Assembly: GCF_030144855.1 (NCBI RefSeq)
Contig: NC_082718.1
Coordinates: forward strand, 90,334,001 to 90,398,000
Reading direction: 5' to 3'
Origin: Hypanus sabinus
Taxonomy: Eukaryota
DNA: 64,000 nt
This document shows, in pieces, positions 63,957 to 64,000 of the stretch (position 1 is its first letter; each line of letters opens with the position of its first letter). The notes under the pieces were generated by a model. The model searched no databases. It was not told the origin of the DNA and saw nothing but the letters and a program-made list of their open reading frames with translations. A program made the translations under genes and the position numbers.

Positions 63957-64000
63957 CAGTGGATTCTGGTTAATTAGGACACATCAGAACCAGTAAATTT
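63957..64000. mobile_element. Left end of a second pogo/Tigger-like element
   Basis: TA|CAGTGGATTCTGGTTAATT, exact reverse complement of the 53674-53692 TIR. Confidence 0.7.

Overview
Eukaryotic, intron-rich vertebrate DNA. The repeat content (CR1, Rex1/Babar, Penelope-type ends, Tc1) suggests a cartilaginous fish; this is an inference. Four genes were assembled by hand from GT-AG exons with consistent phases: GPN3 (+, 8 coding exons, 4131-17177, 286 aa), ARPC3 (+, 7 exons, 25485-32149, 178 aa), a UBE2G1-family E2 (-, 5 coding exons, 59202-45512, 169 aa, plus a probable non-coding 3' exon) and the first two exons of ANAPC7 (+, from 59683). The E2 and ANAPC7 share a ~480-bp CpG-rich divergent promoter. 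GPN3-ARPC3-ANAPC7 matches the human 12q24.11 order, but human has no UBE2G1 there, so this E2 may be a retained genome-duplication paralog. The rest is transposon-derived: a 5'-truncated L1/Tx1 with a 12-bp TSD inside a 46-bp minisatellite, two Tc1 elements, a hAT abutting the ARPC3 promoter, a young gag-only Gypsy-type element, Nimb, CR1 and Rex1 fragments, and dispersed Penelope-type ends carrying minimal hammerhead-ribozyme motifs. Most ORFs in the supplied track are spurious or TE fragments.
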